The translations under genes and the position numbers were made by a program. The notes below the pieces were generated by a model. It made no database searches. It worked only from the letters and a program-made list of their open reading frames with translations, and was not told where the DNA came from. DNA of 64,000 nucleotides from contig CAWDLW010000013.1 in the NCBI GenBank assembly GCA_963803145.1, positions 1 through 64,000 on the forward strand, read 5' to 3'. This DNA is from Methanotrichaceae archaeon. GTDB lineage: Archaea; Halobacteriota; Methanosarcinia; Methanotrichales; Methanotrichaceae. Within the stretch, counting starts at the first letter, position 1. Every line of letters begins with the position of its first letter. Shown piece after piece: positions 11,222-20,494 of the stretch.

Positions 11222-11758
11222 ATGCCGGAAGTTATTGCTGAAAAAACTGAGCCTGAAAAGAAGACTATGCCTGAGAAGGCCAATGCTGAGAGCAATATCG
11301 AGGCTGAAACTAAATTGGCCTCAGAAGCTAAATCTGCACAGAAGCCGAAGAAGAGACGCAGGCTAAAGGTAGCTCACCCTGAGCGGTGCATTGGATGCCT
11401 GGGCTGCATGTTTGCATGCAGCAGGACACATACCGGTCACGCATCCCTACAGGACAGCGCGATAAAGATTCTTACACGCGGAGGAATCGAGGGCGATTTC
11501 GTAGTAGTAGTGTGCAGAGGCTGCGAAAATCCACCATGCGTTAGAGCCTGTCCTGCGGGAGCCTTAGAACGCAAGCCCGATGGTAATGTTGTATTCCATA
11601 AAGACCTCTGTACCGGCTGCGGTAAATGCGAGGACGCATGTCTTGTCGGAGCCATAACTCTCGGAAAAGAGAAAAAGCCTATAAAGTGCATGCATTGTGG
11701 CGCTTGTGTTGCTTTCTGCCCCCATGGAGTTCTCGAGCTTGAGGAGGTGCCAGCATAA
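11222..11758 (+). CDS. Polyferredoxin (4 x 4Fe-4S), small subunit of the adjacent oxidoreductase
   Basis: CIGCLGCMFAC, CRGCENPPCVRACP, CTGCGKCEDAC, CMHCGACVAFCP; TAATG-coupled to the next gene; charged N-terminal extension of about 45 aa. Confidence 0.9.
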   Translation: MPEVIAEKTEPEKKTMPEKANAESNIEAETKLASEAKSAQKPKKRRRLKVAHPERCIGCLGCMFACSRTHTGHASLQDSAIKILTRGGIEGDFVVVVCRGCENPPCVRACPAGALERKPDGNVVFHKDLCTGCGKCEDACLVGAITLGKEKKPIKCMHCGACVAFCPHGVLELEEVPA

Positions 11759-13494
11759 TGCTAAGAAAGGTTCTTTACATTGATCTTGGAAAGAAGGAAT
11801 CCTGGGTCGAAGAGAGGGATGATCTCTTCGATAAATGGATGGGCGGCACTGGTGTTGGCACAGAGCTTCTGATGGAGGAGTGTCCCGCTGGCACCGATCC
11901 CTTCTCCCCCGAGGCCCCTGTGATCTTCTGCATCGGCCCCTTGAACGGCCTGTTCCCAGTAGCTACAAAGGGAGTGGCCATGTTCAAATCGCCGCTAACT
12001 GGAGAACTGGGAGAGTCATATGCAGGCGGAAGGTTCCCGTTAGCCATGAGGTTCGCCGGCCATGAGGCAATAGTTATACGCAATAGGGCTGAGAGCCCAT
12101 GCTACATATCTATTAACGATGCAGATGTTAAGATCAAGGATGCGACATCCATCTGGGGAATAGAGACTCAGACCGTCGGCATGATTATCCGCGAACACGA
12201 GCCGGGCGTTGGCCGCAGAAGCATCATTCGAATCGGACCTGCAGGAGAGAACCTTGTCAGATATGCAGGTGTAGTTGTAGATACCTACAGGCATTTCGGA
12301 AGATTGGGCTTAGGTGCAGTATTCGGCTCTAAGAATCTCAAGGCTCTGGTGATTTCTGGAACTGAAGATGTTGCTGTCCCGGACCCAAGGAAGTACAGGG
12401 AGGTCTACAACAAGCTATACCGCACAACGGTCCAGACGGATGTGATGGAGAAGTACCACGATATCGGCACTTCAGTAAACATCAGCGTCCTAAACTGGCT
12501 CAAGGGCCTGCCGACCAAAAACTTCCAGCTATCCTCATTCCCTGAGGCTGAGAAGATCAGCGGCGAGATGTTCGCAGATAACTATCTGATTAGAAGGCTT
12601 TCGTGCGCAGGATGTCCCATCGGCTGCGTGCATATCGCCACACTTAAAACGGCATTTTCGCCTCATCATGAGTTCGAGGTCAGAAAGGTCTCTTACGACT
12701 ACGAGCCAATATACTCCATCGGCTCTAATCTGGGGATAGCCACGGCTGAAGGCGTCCTGGAGATGATAGATGTCTGCGAGCGGATGGGGCTCGATGTCAT
12801 GTCAGCAGGCGTAGTCCTCGGCTGGGCAACTGAAGCATATGAGCGGGATATTATAACGCCCCAGGAAACGCTCGGTGTGCCCTTACAGTGGAATAATGTA
12901 AAGAGCTATAAGAAGGCCCTGGATAATATCGTCAAGGCGCCTAACGAATTCTATGCGGCGCTTGCTAGGGGAGTAGAATACGCATCGAAAAAGTATGGCG
13001 GCCAGGATTTCGCAATGGCTCTGGGAGGAAACGAGGTTTCCGGCTACCATACCGGCCCGGCATCGATCGTAGGCCAGATCGTCGGAGTCCGCCATTCACA
13101 TCTGGATAATGCCGGCTATAGCATCGATCAGATGGCTGCCAAAAAGCAGCTCGATCCAGAGAAGATGGTTGATGAGATCATCAAGGAGGATAACTCCAGA
13201 GGTGTGTTCAACTCACTTATAGGATGTCTATTTGCAAGAGGCGTCTACACTGAGGATAATATCATCGAGGCTCTTTCCGTAGTAGGGATAACCAAAACTA
13301 AGGACGATCTCCAGGATTTGGGCAAAAGGATATTCAATGAGAAGTATAAATTCAAGACCCGTGAAGGCTTCGATTTGACCAAAACCAGGGTTCCCCGCAG
13401 ATTCTACGAGACAGTATCTACTTTAGGCAAGATCAATCCTGAGACCGTCGAGGAAATGCTTCAAATGTACAGGAAAAAGAGAGGATGGGTCTAG
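11758..13494 (+). CDS. Tungstopterin aldehyde:ferredoxin oxidoreductase family protein (GOR-like large subunit)
   Basis: FKSPLTG..GES..GG, IGPAGEN, HFGRLGLGAVFGSKNLKA, CAGCPIGC, DYE, GLDVMS; 578 aa. Family is secure; subfamily is recalled, not searched. Confidence 0.85.
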   Translation: MLRKVLYIDLGKKESWVEERDDLFDKWMGGTGVGTELLMEECPAGTDPFSPEAPVIFCIGPLNGLFPVATKGVAMFKSPLTGELGESYAGGRFPLAMRFAGHEAIVIRNRAESPCYISINDADVKIKDATSIWGIETQTVGMIIREHEPGVGRRSIIRIGPAGENLVRYAGVVVDTYRHFGRLGLGAVFGSKNLKALVISGTEDVAVPDPRKYREVYNKLYRTTVQTDVMEKYHDIGTSVNISVLNWLKGLPTKNFQLSSFPEAEKISGEMFADNYLIRRLSCAGCPIGCVHIATLKTAFSPHHEFEVRKVSYDYEPIYSIGSNLGIATAEGVLEMIDVCERMGLDVMSAGVVLGWATEAYERDIITPQETLGVPLQWNNVKSYKKALDNIVKAPNEFYAALARGVEYASKKYGGQDFAMALGGNEVSGYHTGPASIVGQIVGVRHSHLDNAGYSIDQMAAKKQLDPEKMVDEIIKEDNSRGVFNSLIGCLFARGVYTEDNIIEALSVVGITKTKDDLQDLGKRIFNEKYKFKTREGFDLTKTRVPRRFYETVSTLGKINPETVEEMLQMYRKKRGWV

Positions 13495-14129
13495 CCCTCT
13501 AGCACTTCAGTTTTTTGTTTTTTAGTTTTAGCCACTTTTTGGCTGATCTTTTCATCCCTCTTCGTTTCTTTTATCATACCTCTTCTGATCATCCGCTCCT
13601 TTACCATCTTCTTGACTTCACTGCCTCCGATGCTGAAGACTTCTCCTATCAGCTCCATGGCGACCTCAAGCTCTCTTTCAACAGCCGTATCCCCATGCTC
13701 TGATTGGGATGCTGCCTCGCTCAGGCCATCGAGAGGCCTATCTATAAGCTCTGAGGAGTATTTGTCCGACTCCTCCCTGTAAATCTTAAGCATTGAATAT
13801 ATATGTGGGAAGATAGCCGAGGCTGGGTCGAGCCTGTAGAATGTGTTCGTTTTCCTTTTGACCTGTGATCTGGATGACGGCAAGACTCTGCGCTCCATCG
13901 CCATGATCCCAAGCCGCTCAAGCTTATCGAGCTTATTTATCAGAGTCGTCTGGTTCCAAAAGGGACCTCCACCTGTTGGCCCAAGATCCTTCCAGATCTG
14001 GTTAAGCTGTGTCCAGCTTCCTCTGCGCTTCATGTAAATGAGAAGGTGCGCCAGTGGCTTCTGATCTCTCTGAAGTGAGCAGTATCGTTTGAACTCGTCC
14101 AACATGCACACAGGAAGGGCAAATAACAC
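13491..14129 (-). CDS. Putative winged-helix DNA-binding protein
   Basis: QTTLINKLDKLERLGIM followed by a basic wing ending TFYRL; convergent with the oxidoreductase; start uncertain. Confidence 0.55.
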   Translation of the reverse strand: MLFALPVCMLDEFKRYCSLQRDQKPLAHLLIYMKRRGSWTQLNQIWKDLGPTGGGPFWNQTTLINKLDKLERLGIMAMERRVLPSSRSQVKRKTNTFYRLDPASAIFPHIYSMLKIYREESDKYSSELIDRPLDGLSEAASQSEHGDTAVERELEVAMELIGEVFSIGGSEVKKMVKERMIRRGMIKETKRDEKISQKVAKTKKQKTEVLEG

Positions 14130-14196
14130 TATAGCCTTTTCGCTTTAGTTGCAAAGGATTTTTATCCTGCCCTGAATTAGTCTAGTGGCGATCATA

Positions 14197-15408
14197 ATGC
14201 AGGCGATAGTTTTGGCCGCAGGCGAAGGCAGCAGAATGAGACCCCTTACCTCGAAGCTGCCAAAGGTGATGCTGCCTATTGCAGGCAGGCCGCTTTTAGA
14301 GCATATAATAGTAAGAGCATATGAGGCTGGCGCGGACAATATAATATTGGTAATAGGATATGGCGCCGATTTCGTAAGATCTTATTTCGGAGACGGCAGC
14401 CGCCTTGGTGTTAAGATAGAATATGCCATCCAAAAGAAGCAAATGGGCACAGGCGATGCGCTAATGGCCGCAAAAGCCCACGCTTCGGACAGTTTCTTAG
14501 TCTTGAACGGTGATATCCTCCCGGATACAGAATCGCTTAAGACCATGATCTCGTCTGAGGAGGAATCTGTTGCCGCAAGGCAGGTGACAGATCCTAAGCG
14601 ATACGGCGTGTTCCTTGAAGAGAATGGCTATATGAAATCCGTTATCGAAAAGAGTCCGAGTCCGCCGTCCAACCTGGCGAATGCAGGCATATATCTATTT
14701 GAAAGAGGCATTTTTGATTGCCTTAGCCGGGTTACTCTATCAAAACGCGGTGAGTATGAGCTTACGGATGCATTGAATATCCTGGCTGAGAAAGATAGGA
14801 TCAGGATTGTCGAATTGAGGGACTGGATGGAGATCGGAAGACCCTGGGACATCCTTGCTGCGAATGAAGCATTGCTTAAGAATATCGAACGTAAGGTAGA
14901 GGGCGAGATAGAATCTGGAGCCACGCTGAATGGGAATATATCTGTCGGCAAAGATACTGTAATTAGATCGGGTGCCTATATCACTGGCCCTGTTACCATC
15001 GGAGATAAGTGCGATATTGGTCCCAATTGCTACATCCGGCCATCCACATGCATCGGCAATAAAGTCAGGATAGGAAATGCAGTCGAGATTAAAAACAGCA
15101 CTATCATGGACGGCACAAAAATAGGTCACCTCTCTTACGTGGGCGACTCCATAATAGGATCGGATTCCAACTTTGGCGCAGGCACAATCTGCTCGAACCT
15201 GAGGCATGATAAAGGAAATATCAAATCATACGTAAAGGGCCAAAGAGTAGATAGCGGCCGGAGAAAACTTGGAGTCGTAATGGGCGATGGCGTTATGACA
15301 GGTATTCATACAACCATCTACCCGGGAACTGTTATAGAGTCGGGCTTCAGAGGGCTGCCTGCAGCAATCTTAAAAGGGTTTGTATCCGCAAAGAGTGATA
15401 AACACTAA
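14197..15408 (+). CDS. glmU: GlmU-like sugar-1-phosphate nucleotidyltransferase/acetyltransferase (copy 1)
   Basis: LAAGEGSRMRPLT..PKVM, LNGD, EKS, RGEYELTD, C-terminal hexapeptide repeats, HLSYVGDS. Confidence 0.9.
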   Translation: MQAIVLAAGEGSRMRPLTSKLPKVMLPIAGRPLLEHIIVRAYEAGADNIILVIGYGADFVRSYFGDGSRLGVKIEYAIQKKQMGTGDALMAAKAHASDSFLVLNGDILPDTESLKTMISSEEESVAARQVTDPKRYGVFLEENGYMKSVIEKSPSPPSNLANAGIYLFERGIFDCLSRVTLSKRGEYELTDALNILAEKDRIRIVELRDWMEIGRPWDILAANEALLKNIERKVEGEIESGATLNGNISVGKDTVIRSGAYITGPVTIGDKCDIGPNCYIRPSTCIGNKVRIGNAVEIKNSTIMDGTKIGHLSYVGDSIIGSDSNFGAGTICSNLRHDKGNIKSYVKGQRVDSGRRKLGVVMGDGVMTGIHTTIYPGTVIESGFRGLPAAILKGFVSAKSDKH

Positions 15409-15575
15409 AGCTTATGAGACCGTGGTTGAAGAAACAAAATCCGTTCAAAATATTGAAGTTGTTAATATATTCTAATACCTCTGAACTTCAATCAGAGGCA
15501 TGGCAAGGCTTTTCAATTAGGTTGTATAAAAGCAACAGGGATACGACGGTGGATAAAAGTTCGACGGAGATCCAG

Positions 15576-16676
15576 ATGAGAGATTTCATTCCAATAGCAA
15601 AGCCGATTGTAGGCAGCGAAGAGGTAAAAGCAGTCGGGGAAGTGCTTAGCTCAGGTATGCTTGTCCAGGGGGAGGCAGTCAAAAGGTTTGAGGACGCATT
15701 TTCAAGCTACCTGAATGTGAAGAACTCAGTTGCCGTCAGCAACGGCACTGTTGCTCTTGACCTGGCACTAAAAGCCTTGGACTTGCAGCCTGTGGATGAG
15801 GTCATCTCTCCAGCATTCACATTTATAGCGACTGCAAACTCGATCTTGTACCAAGGTGCAAAACCCGTATTCTCAGACGTAGATGAGAGGACATTCAACA
15901 TCGATCCTGAGGATCTTAAAGAAAGAATAACCTCTAGGACCAAAGCTGTAGTCGGAGTTCATCTATATGGCCAACCATTTGATATAAACGCGATTAAGCA
16001 AATATGCGATGATAGTAATATTAAATTGATAGAGGACTGCGCTCAGGCCCATGGAGCCGAATACGGTGGCAAAAAAGTAGGCAGCTTCGGGATAGGATGC
16101 TTCTCGTTTTATCCTACAAAGAATATGACTACTGGCGAAGGCGGCATGATCACCACAGCAGATGATGCCATAGCATCAAAGCTTCGTCTGCTCAGGAATC
16201 ACGGAGATACAGGCAAGTACAACCACGTGCTTCTTGGCTATAATTACAGGATGATGAACCTCCAGGGGGCAATGGGACAAGTCCAGCTCAAGAAGCTTGA
16301 CGAGTTCAACAGCAAGCGGGTAAAGAACGCAGAATATCTTAATAAAAACATTAGGATTAAGGGATTAACCCCGCCGTTCAAGGCTGAGAATGTGAGGCAC
16401 GTCTACAACCAATATGTTGTCAAGGTCGAGGAGGATTTTCCCATCAGTCGCGAAAAGCTGATGGATTATCTTCAGTCCAAAGGCGTGGGCTCGGCCATCC
16501 ATTATCCCAAGCCGATTTACAGGCAGCCTATCTACAGAGAGTTGGGCCTGGACAAAGAAATTTGCCCGGTGGCTGAAGATATCTCGCAAAAGGTCATGAG
16601 CCTGCCGGTTCATCCATCACTGAAGCAGGAGGATCTTGAATATATAGCCATGACCGTAAATGGCTTTGAGGCATGA
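15576..16676 (+). CDS. DegT/DnrJ PLP aminotransferase (WbpE-like)
   Basis: SNGTVAL, EDCAQAHG, FSFYPTKNMTTGEGG, GYNYRM; start at MRDFIPIAKP after GGAGA. Confidence 0.9.
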   Translation: MRDFIPIAKPIVGSEEVKAVGEVLSSGMLVQGEAVKRFEDAFSSYLNVKNSVAVSNGTVALDLALKALDLQPVDEVISPAFTFIATANSILYQGAKPVFSDVDERTFNIDPEDLKERITSRTKAVVGVHLYGQPFDINAIKQICDDSNIKLIEDCAQAHGAEYGGKKVGSFGIGCFSFYPTKNMTTGEGGMITTADDAIASKLRLLRNHGDTGKYNHVLLGYNYRMMNLQGAMGQVQLKKLDEFNSKRVKNAEYLNKNIRIKGLTPPFKAENVRHVYNQYVVKVEEDFPISREKLMDYLQSKGVGSAIHYPKPIYRQPIYRELGLDKEICPVAEDISQKVMSLPVHPSLKQEDLEYIAMTVNGFEA

Positions 16677-17590
16677 ACATGGACATCGGGGTCATCGGTG
16701 TAGGGGCCATGGGCAGGAACCATGTTCGCGTCTATTCTGAGCTTAAAGGTATTGGAGATGTCTATGTCTTTGATCCTGCCGCAGAAAATGCATCGAGGGT
16801 GAAGGACATTGCCTCGGTTTGCAGCTCAATGGATGAGCTTCTGGGAAAGGTCGAGGCAGTCAGCATTTGTGTGCCTACGAAATACCATTTCGATGTGGCA
16901 CAGAAGGTTGTCAGCGAAAACGTCAGCTGCCTAATAGAGAAGCCTATCACGCTCAATGTCGAGGAGGGAGAGAAGCTCCTCAAGCTCCTGGAAAATAAAG
17001 ATGTAATTGTAGGAGTAGGCCACATCGAGAGATTCAACCCTATAGTCGACGAGATCAAAAAGATCGCTCATAAGCCTGATTATGTATCCATAAAAAGGCA
17101 CAATCCTACATCAAACCGCATAACGGATGCCTCGGTGATCGAAGACCTGATGATTCACGACATAGACATAGCATTCAACGCCCTGTTCCCTGAAGAACAG
17201 AATTATAGAATCTACAGCGCAGGAAACAGGAATGTCTGTGAGGCATTGGTTGTCTTCCCTAATTCAGTAGTTGCAATATCCGCAAGTAGACTTGCATCAA
17301 AGAAGTTCAGGACTATGTACCTCGAGGCAGAGGACTTCACTACTGAGGGCGATTTCATGACCCAAGAGGTATATGTCTACAGAAAGCCCGGCAAGTACGG
17401 GATAGAGAACGAAAGGTACATGCAGGAAAATATCATTGAGAAGGTGCTTGTTGGCAAAGTTGAGCCCCTCAAGGTCGAGCTGAAAACGTTCCTGGATTGC
17501 GTTAAGAACTGTAAAGAATTCCCTGTAACACCTGTTCAAGCTCTGAAAAACCTGAGGATCTGCGAAGAGATCAAGAAGGATATTAAATGA
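16673..17590 (+). CDS. Gfo/Idh/MocA oxidoreductase (WbpB-like UDP-GlcNAcA 3-dehydrogenase)
   Basis: VIGVGAMG, IEKP, VGHIERFNP, DLMIHDID; lies between the aminotransferase and the acetyltransferase. Confidence 0.85.
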   Translation: MNMDIGVIGVGAMGRNHVRVYSELKGIGDVYVFDPAAENASRVKDIASVCSSMDELLGKVEAVSICVPTKYHFDVAQKVVSENVSCLIEKPITLNVEEGEKLLKLLENKDVIVGVGHIERFNPIVDEIKKIAHKPDYVSIKRHNPTSNRITDASVIEDLMIHDIDIAFNALFPEEQNYRIYSAGNRNVCEALVVFPNSVVAISASRLASKKFRTMYLEAEDFTTEGDFMTQEVYVYRKPGKYGIENERYMQENIIEKVLVGKVEPLKVELKTFLDCVKNCKEFPVTPVQALKNLRICEEIKKDIK

Positions 17591-18192
17591 GCGGATGCAT
17601 AAGTGGATGCATAAGTGGATGCACAAAATACTATGCACATCCGACAGCCGTAGTTGAGAGCGATGCTATCGGCGAGGGCACAAAAATTTGGCATTTTGTC
17701 CATATTCGCAAAGGCTCGAAAATAGGTATGAACTGCAATATCGGGAAAAGTGTCTACATTGACGCCGATGCTGTGATTGGAAATAACGTAAAGATACAGA
17801 ATTTTGTATCGGTCTATAAGGGTGTGATGATTGAAGATGATGTCTTCGTCGGTCCATCGGCTACGTTCACCAATGACCTTTACCCCCGAGCCTTCATTTG
17901 GGATGAAGAGCATGTAGTTCAGACTTACGTGAGAAAGGGTGCAAGCATAGGTGCCAACTCAACTATAATTTGCGGCACTACCATCGGCGAATACGCAATG
18001 ATAGGTGCTGGAAGCGTTGTTGTCAAAGACGTGCCAGCTTTTGGATTGGTCTACGGCAGCCCGGCAGAGTTCAAAGGCTATGTCTGCTACTGCGGAAAAA
18101 GGCTCGAAAAAATCATCACGGAAGATGCGACCAGAGTCATCTTCAGATGCGATAGCTGTGGAAAAGATGTTGAAATTTCAAGGAGGGATTGA
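17587..18192 (+). CDS. Hexapeptide-repeat N-acetyltransferase (WbpD-like) with C-terminal zinc ribbon
   Basis: IGEGTKIWHF, VKIQN, FTND.YPR, GASIGANSTI, CYCG...CDSCG. Confidence 0.88.
   Translation: MSGCISGCISGCTKYYAHPTAVVESDAIGEGTKIWHFVHIRKGSKIGMNCNIGKSVYIDADAVIGNNVKIQNFVSVYKGVMIEDDVFVGPSATFTNDLYPRAFIWDEEHVVQTYVRKGASIGANSTIICGTTIGEYAMIGAGSVVVKDVPAFGLVYGSPAEFKGYVCYCGKRLEKIITEDATRVIFRCDSCGKDVEISRRD
17590..17625 (+). repeat. 3 x 12-bp in-frame tandem repeat (SGCI-SGCI-SGCT)
   Basis: AGCGGATGCATA AGTGGATGCATA AGTGGATGCACA directly after the ATG. Confidence 0.9.
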
Positions 18193-19403
18193 AAATAACG
18201 GATGCAATTGCAGTCATTGGGCTCGGAAATGCAGGGCTGCCGCTAGCAGCTGTCATTGCGGATAGCGGCCTTAAGGTCATTGGCGTAGACATAGACAGAG
18301 AGAAGTGTAATCTCATAAACCAAGGATCCAACCCGATTCCTGAAGAGGCGGGGCTTGATGAGCTGGTAAAGCTACATGGCGGAAAAGGGCTTATAGCCAC
18401 ACCTAACTTTGAGGATGCCAAAGGCTGCAGCACATTCATAGTGATTGTACCCCTATTTGTTGACCAGAGCTTCAATCCAGACTTCACAATCATGAAGAGC
18501 GCTACAAGGTCTTTAGGCAGGATTCTGAAGAAAGGGGATCTGGTAGTGATTGAGACTACATTTCCTCCAGGAACAACCGATACTAAAATCAGATCATGGC
18601 TAGAAGAATCAAGCGGTCTTGGATCAAACGAGTTTTACCTGGCATATTCGCCAGAGCGCATAATGACAGGCTACAGCATCTCCAGGCTGAGGGACTTTCC
18701 GAAGGTTATTGGCGGGACTGATGAGGAGAGCGGACTTTTGGCATATGATGTTTACAAGACGTTCATCTCCAACTTACATCTGGTATCCTCAGCCAAGGTT
18801 GCAGAGATGATTAAAGTCATGGAGGGCTGCTATAGGGATGTGAACATCGCTCTCGCAAATGAGCTTTTCAAGATCGCCGAGGATATGGGCATAGACTTTT
18901 TCGAGGCAATGGTTTATGCAAATCATGAATACTGCCATATCCATCAGCCCTCAACTGGCGTTGGAGGACATTGCATTCCTGTCTATCCCTGGTTCCTGAT
19001 AAAAGATATGGAAAAACGTGAAAACTTCAGCTTTTGCAGGCTTCTAAGAACAAGCCGTGAAGTTAACGATGAGATGATAGATTATTGGGCTGGCAAAATT
19101 CTTCTCGAGTGCATGAAGATTAATACGCCTTTGAGCAAGGTGAAGATTTGCATTAAAGGAATCACATACCGGCCAGGAGTGAAGGGGTTCTATCACAGCA
19201 GGAACCTGGCTCTGGCAGAGCTGCTTATGGAAAAGGGTCTTGACACCTATGTATCCGATCCGTTAGTCAGCGAGGATGATGTGTTGGCAAGAGGCCTCAA
19301 ATACATCAGGCCTGAGGATGCCGATTTGGTATTCGATCCCTTCGAGCTGAGGTTTGAAATAGTGGATAATGCTAAAAAATCAGTAAGCCTAGATAAAGAA
19401 TGA
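18189..19403 (+). CDS. UDP-N-acetylhexosamine 6-dehydrogenase (WbpA-like)
   Basis: VIGLGNAG, IETT.PPG, AYSPER, YRDVNIALANE, GVGGHCIPV (catalytic Cys). Confidence 0.88.
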   Translation: MKITDAIAVIGLGNAGLPLAAVIADSGLKVIGVDIDREKCNLINQGSNPIPEEAGLDELVKLHGGKGLIATPNFEDAKGCSTFIVIVPLFVDQSFNPDFTIMKSATRSLGRILKKGDLVVIETTFPPGTTDTKIRSWLEESSGLGSNEFYLAYSPERIMTGYSISRLRDFPKVIGGTDEESGLLAYDVYKTFISNLHLVSSAKVAEMIKVMEGCYRDVNIALANELFKIAEDMGIDFFEAMVYANHEYCHIHQPSTGVGGHCIPVYPWFLIKDMEKRENFSFCRLLRTSREVNDEMIDYWAGKILLECMKINTPLSKVKICIKGITYRPGVKGFYHSRNLALAELLMEKGLDTYVSDPLVSEDDVLARGLKYIRPEDADLVFDPFELRFEIVDNAKKSVSLDKE

Positions 19404-20494
19404 TGAAGATTGCATCAGTAGTCGGTGCAAGGCCGAACTTTGTTAAACTAGCACCAGTATCTCGTGAACTCAGGAAAAGGTTCAATGAGATTATAATCCA
19501 TACAGGCCAGCATTACAATTATGAGATGGATAAGATATTCTTCGATGATCTTGGGATACCTGCACCCGATTATCATCTGGGAATCGGCTCCGGCAGCCAT
19601 GGCCAGCAGACAGGCGATATGCTTCAAAAGATCGAAGAGGCGCTAGTCGCTGAGAAGCCGGACGCAGTGATAGTCTTTGGGGACACCAACTCCACGCTCG
19701 CTGGAGCATTGGCTGCTGCCAAGCTGCACATCAAGGTCATCCATATCGAGGCTGGCCTCAGATCCTACGATAGAAACATGCCTGAGGAGGTGAATAGAGT
19801 TCTCGTTGATCACTGCTCGGACCTCCTGCTCTGCCCAACCGAAACCGCTGTTGAGAACCTGCTTAAGGAAGGGATTACTCGAGACGTTTACCTCACAGGG
19901 GATGTTATGGTTGACGCCCAGAGGGATTGCATTCAGATAGCTGAGAAGAGATCGCATATTCTTGAAGATTTGAGCTTGGAGCCAAAAGGATATTGCCTTG
20001 CTACAGTCCACCGTGCCTCAAATACAGATGATCCCGAAAAAGCACGTGCAATAACAGAGGCATTTTGCGAGATCGGAGATCTCGTCTTCCCATGCCATCC
20101 GCGTGCTGAAAAGTACCTGAGGCAGTACGGCCTCTGGGATGATCTGGACAAAAAGGCCAGGATAATTAAGCCTGTGGGCTATCTAGACATGCTTATGCTT
20201 GAAAAGAACGCGAGGAAGATACTCACAGATTCAGGCGGCGTCCAGAAGGAGGCGTACCTTTTAGGCGTTCCATGCATTACTTTAAGGGATGAGACGGAGT
20301 GGGTTGAGACCGTCCAGGATGGATGGAATGTCCTCGTCGGCGCCGATAAGAATAAGATCATCTCAGAAGCGTTGAACTTCAAGCCCGAAAAAGGCAGGCA
20401 GGATGTATTCGGCAATGGAGATGCAAGCATCAGAACCGCAAAGATAATAGAGAAGCTGTTTTCCGACACTCTTAGAACGGGAGAAGAACCTTGA
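19400..20494 (+). CDS. Non-hydrolysing UDP-HexNAc 2-epimerase (WecB/WbpI-like)
   Basis: VGARPNFVK, HTGQHY, GDTNST, HIEAGLRS, PEEVNR, TDSGGVQKEA, LRDETEW. Confidence 0.92.
   Translation: MMKIASVVGARPNFVKLAPVSRELRKRFNEIIIHTGQHYNYEMDKIFFDDLGIPAPDYHLGIGSGSHGQQTGDMLQKIEEALVAEKPDAVIVFGDTNSTLAGALAAAKLHIKVIHIEAGLRSYDRNMPEEVNRVLVDHCSDLLLCPTETAVENLLKEGITRDVYLTGDVMVDAQRDCIQIAEKRSHILEDLSLEPKGYCLATVHRASNTDDPEKARAITEAFCEIGDLVFPCHPRAEKYLRQYGLWDDLDKKARIIKPVGYLDMLMLEKNARKILTDSGGVQKEAYLLGVPCITLRDETEWVETVQDGWNVLVGADKNKIISEALNFKPEKGRQDVFGNGDASIRTAKIIEKLFSDTLRTGEEP

Noticed and set aside
15414-15575. 54-codon in-frame extension of the aminotransferase
   Set aside because: AT-rich, contains promoter-like sequence; family similarity and RBS point to 15576
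17590-17625. Short repeats here and at 60271-60335 as a mini CRISPR array
   Set aside because: Units are 12-18 bp, with no series of unique spacers and no cas genes
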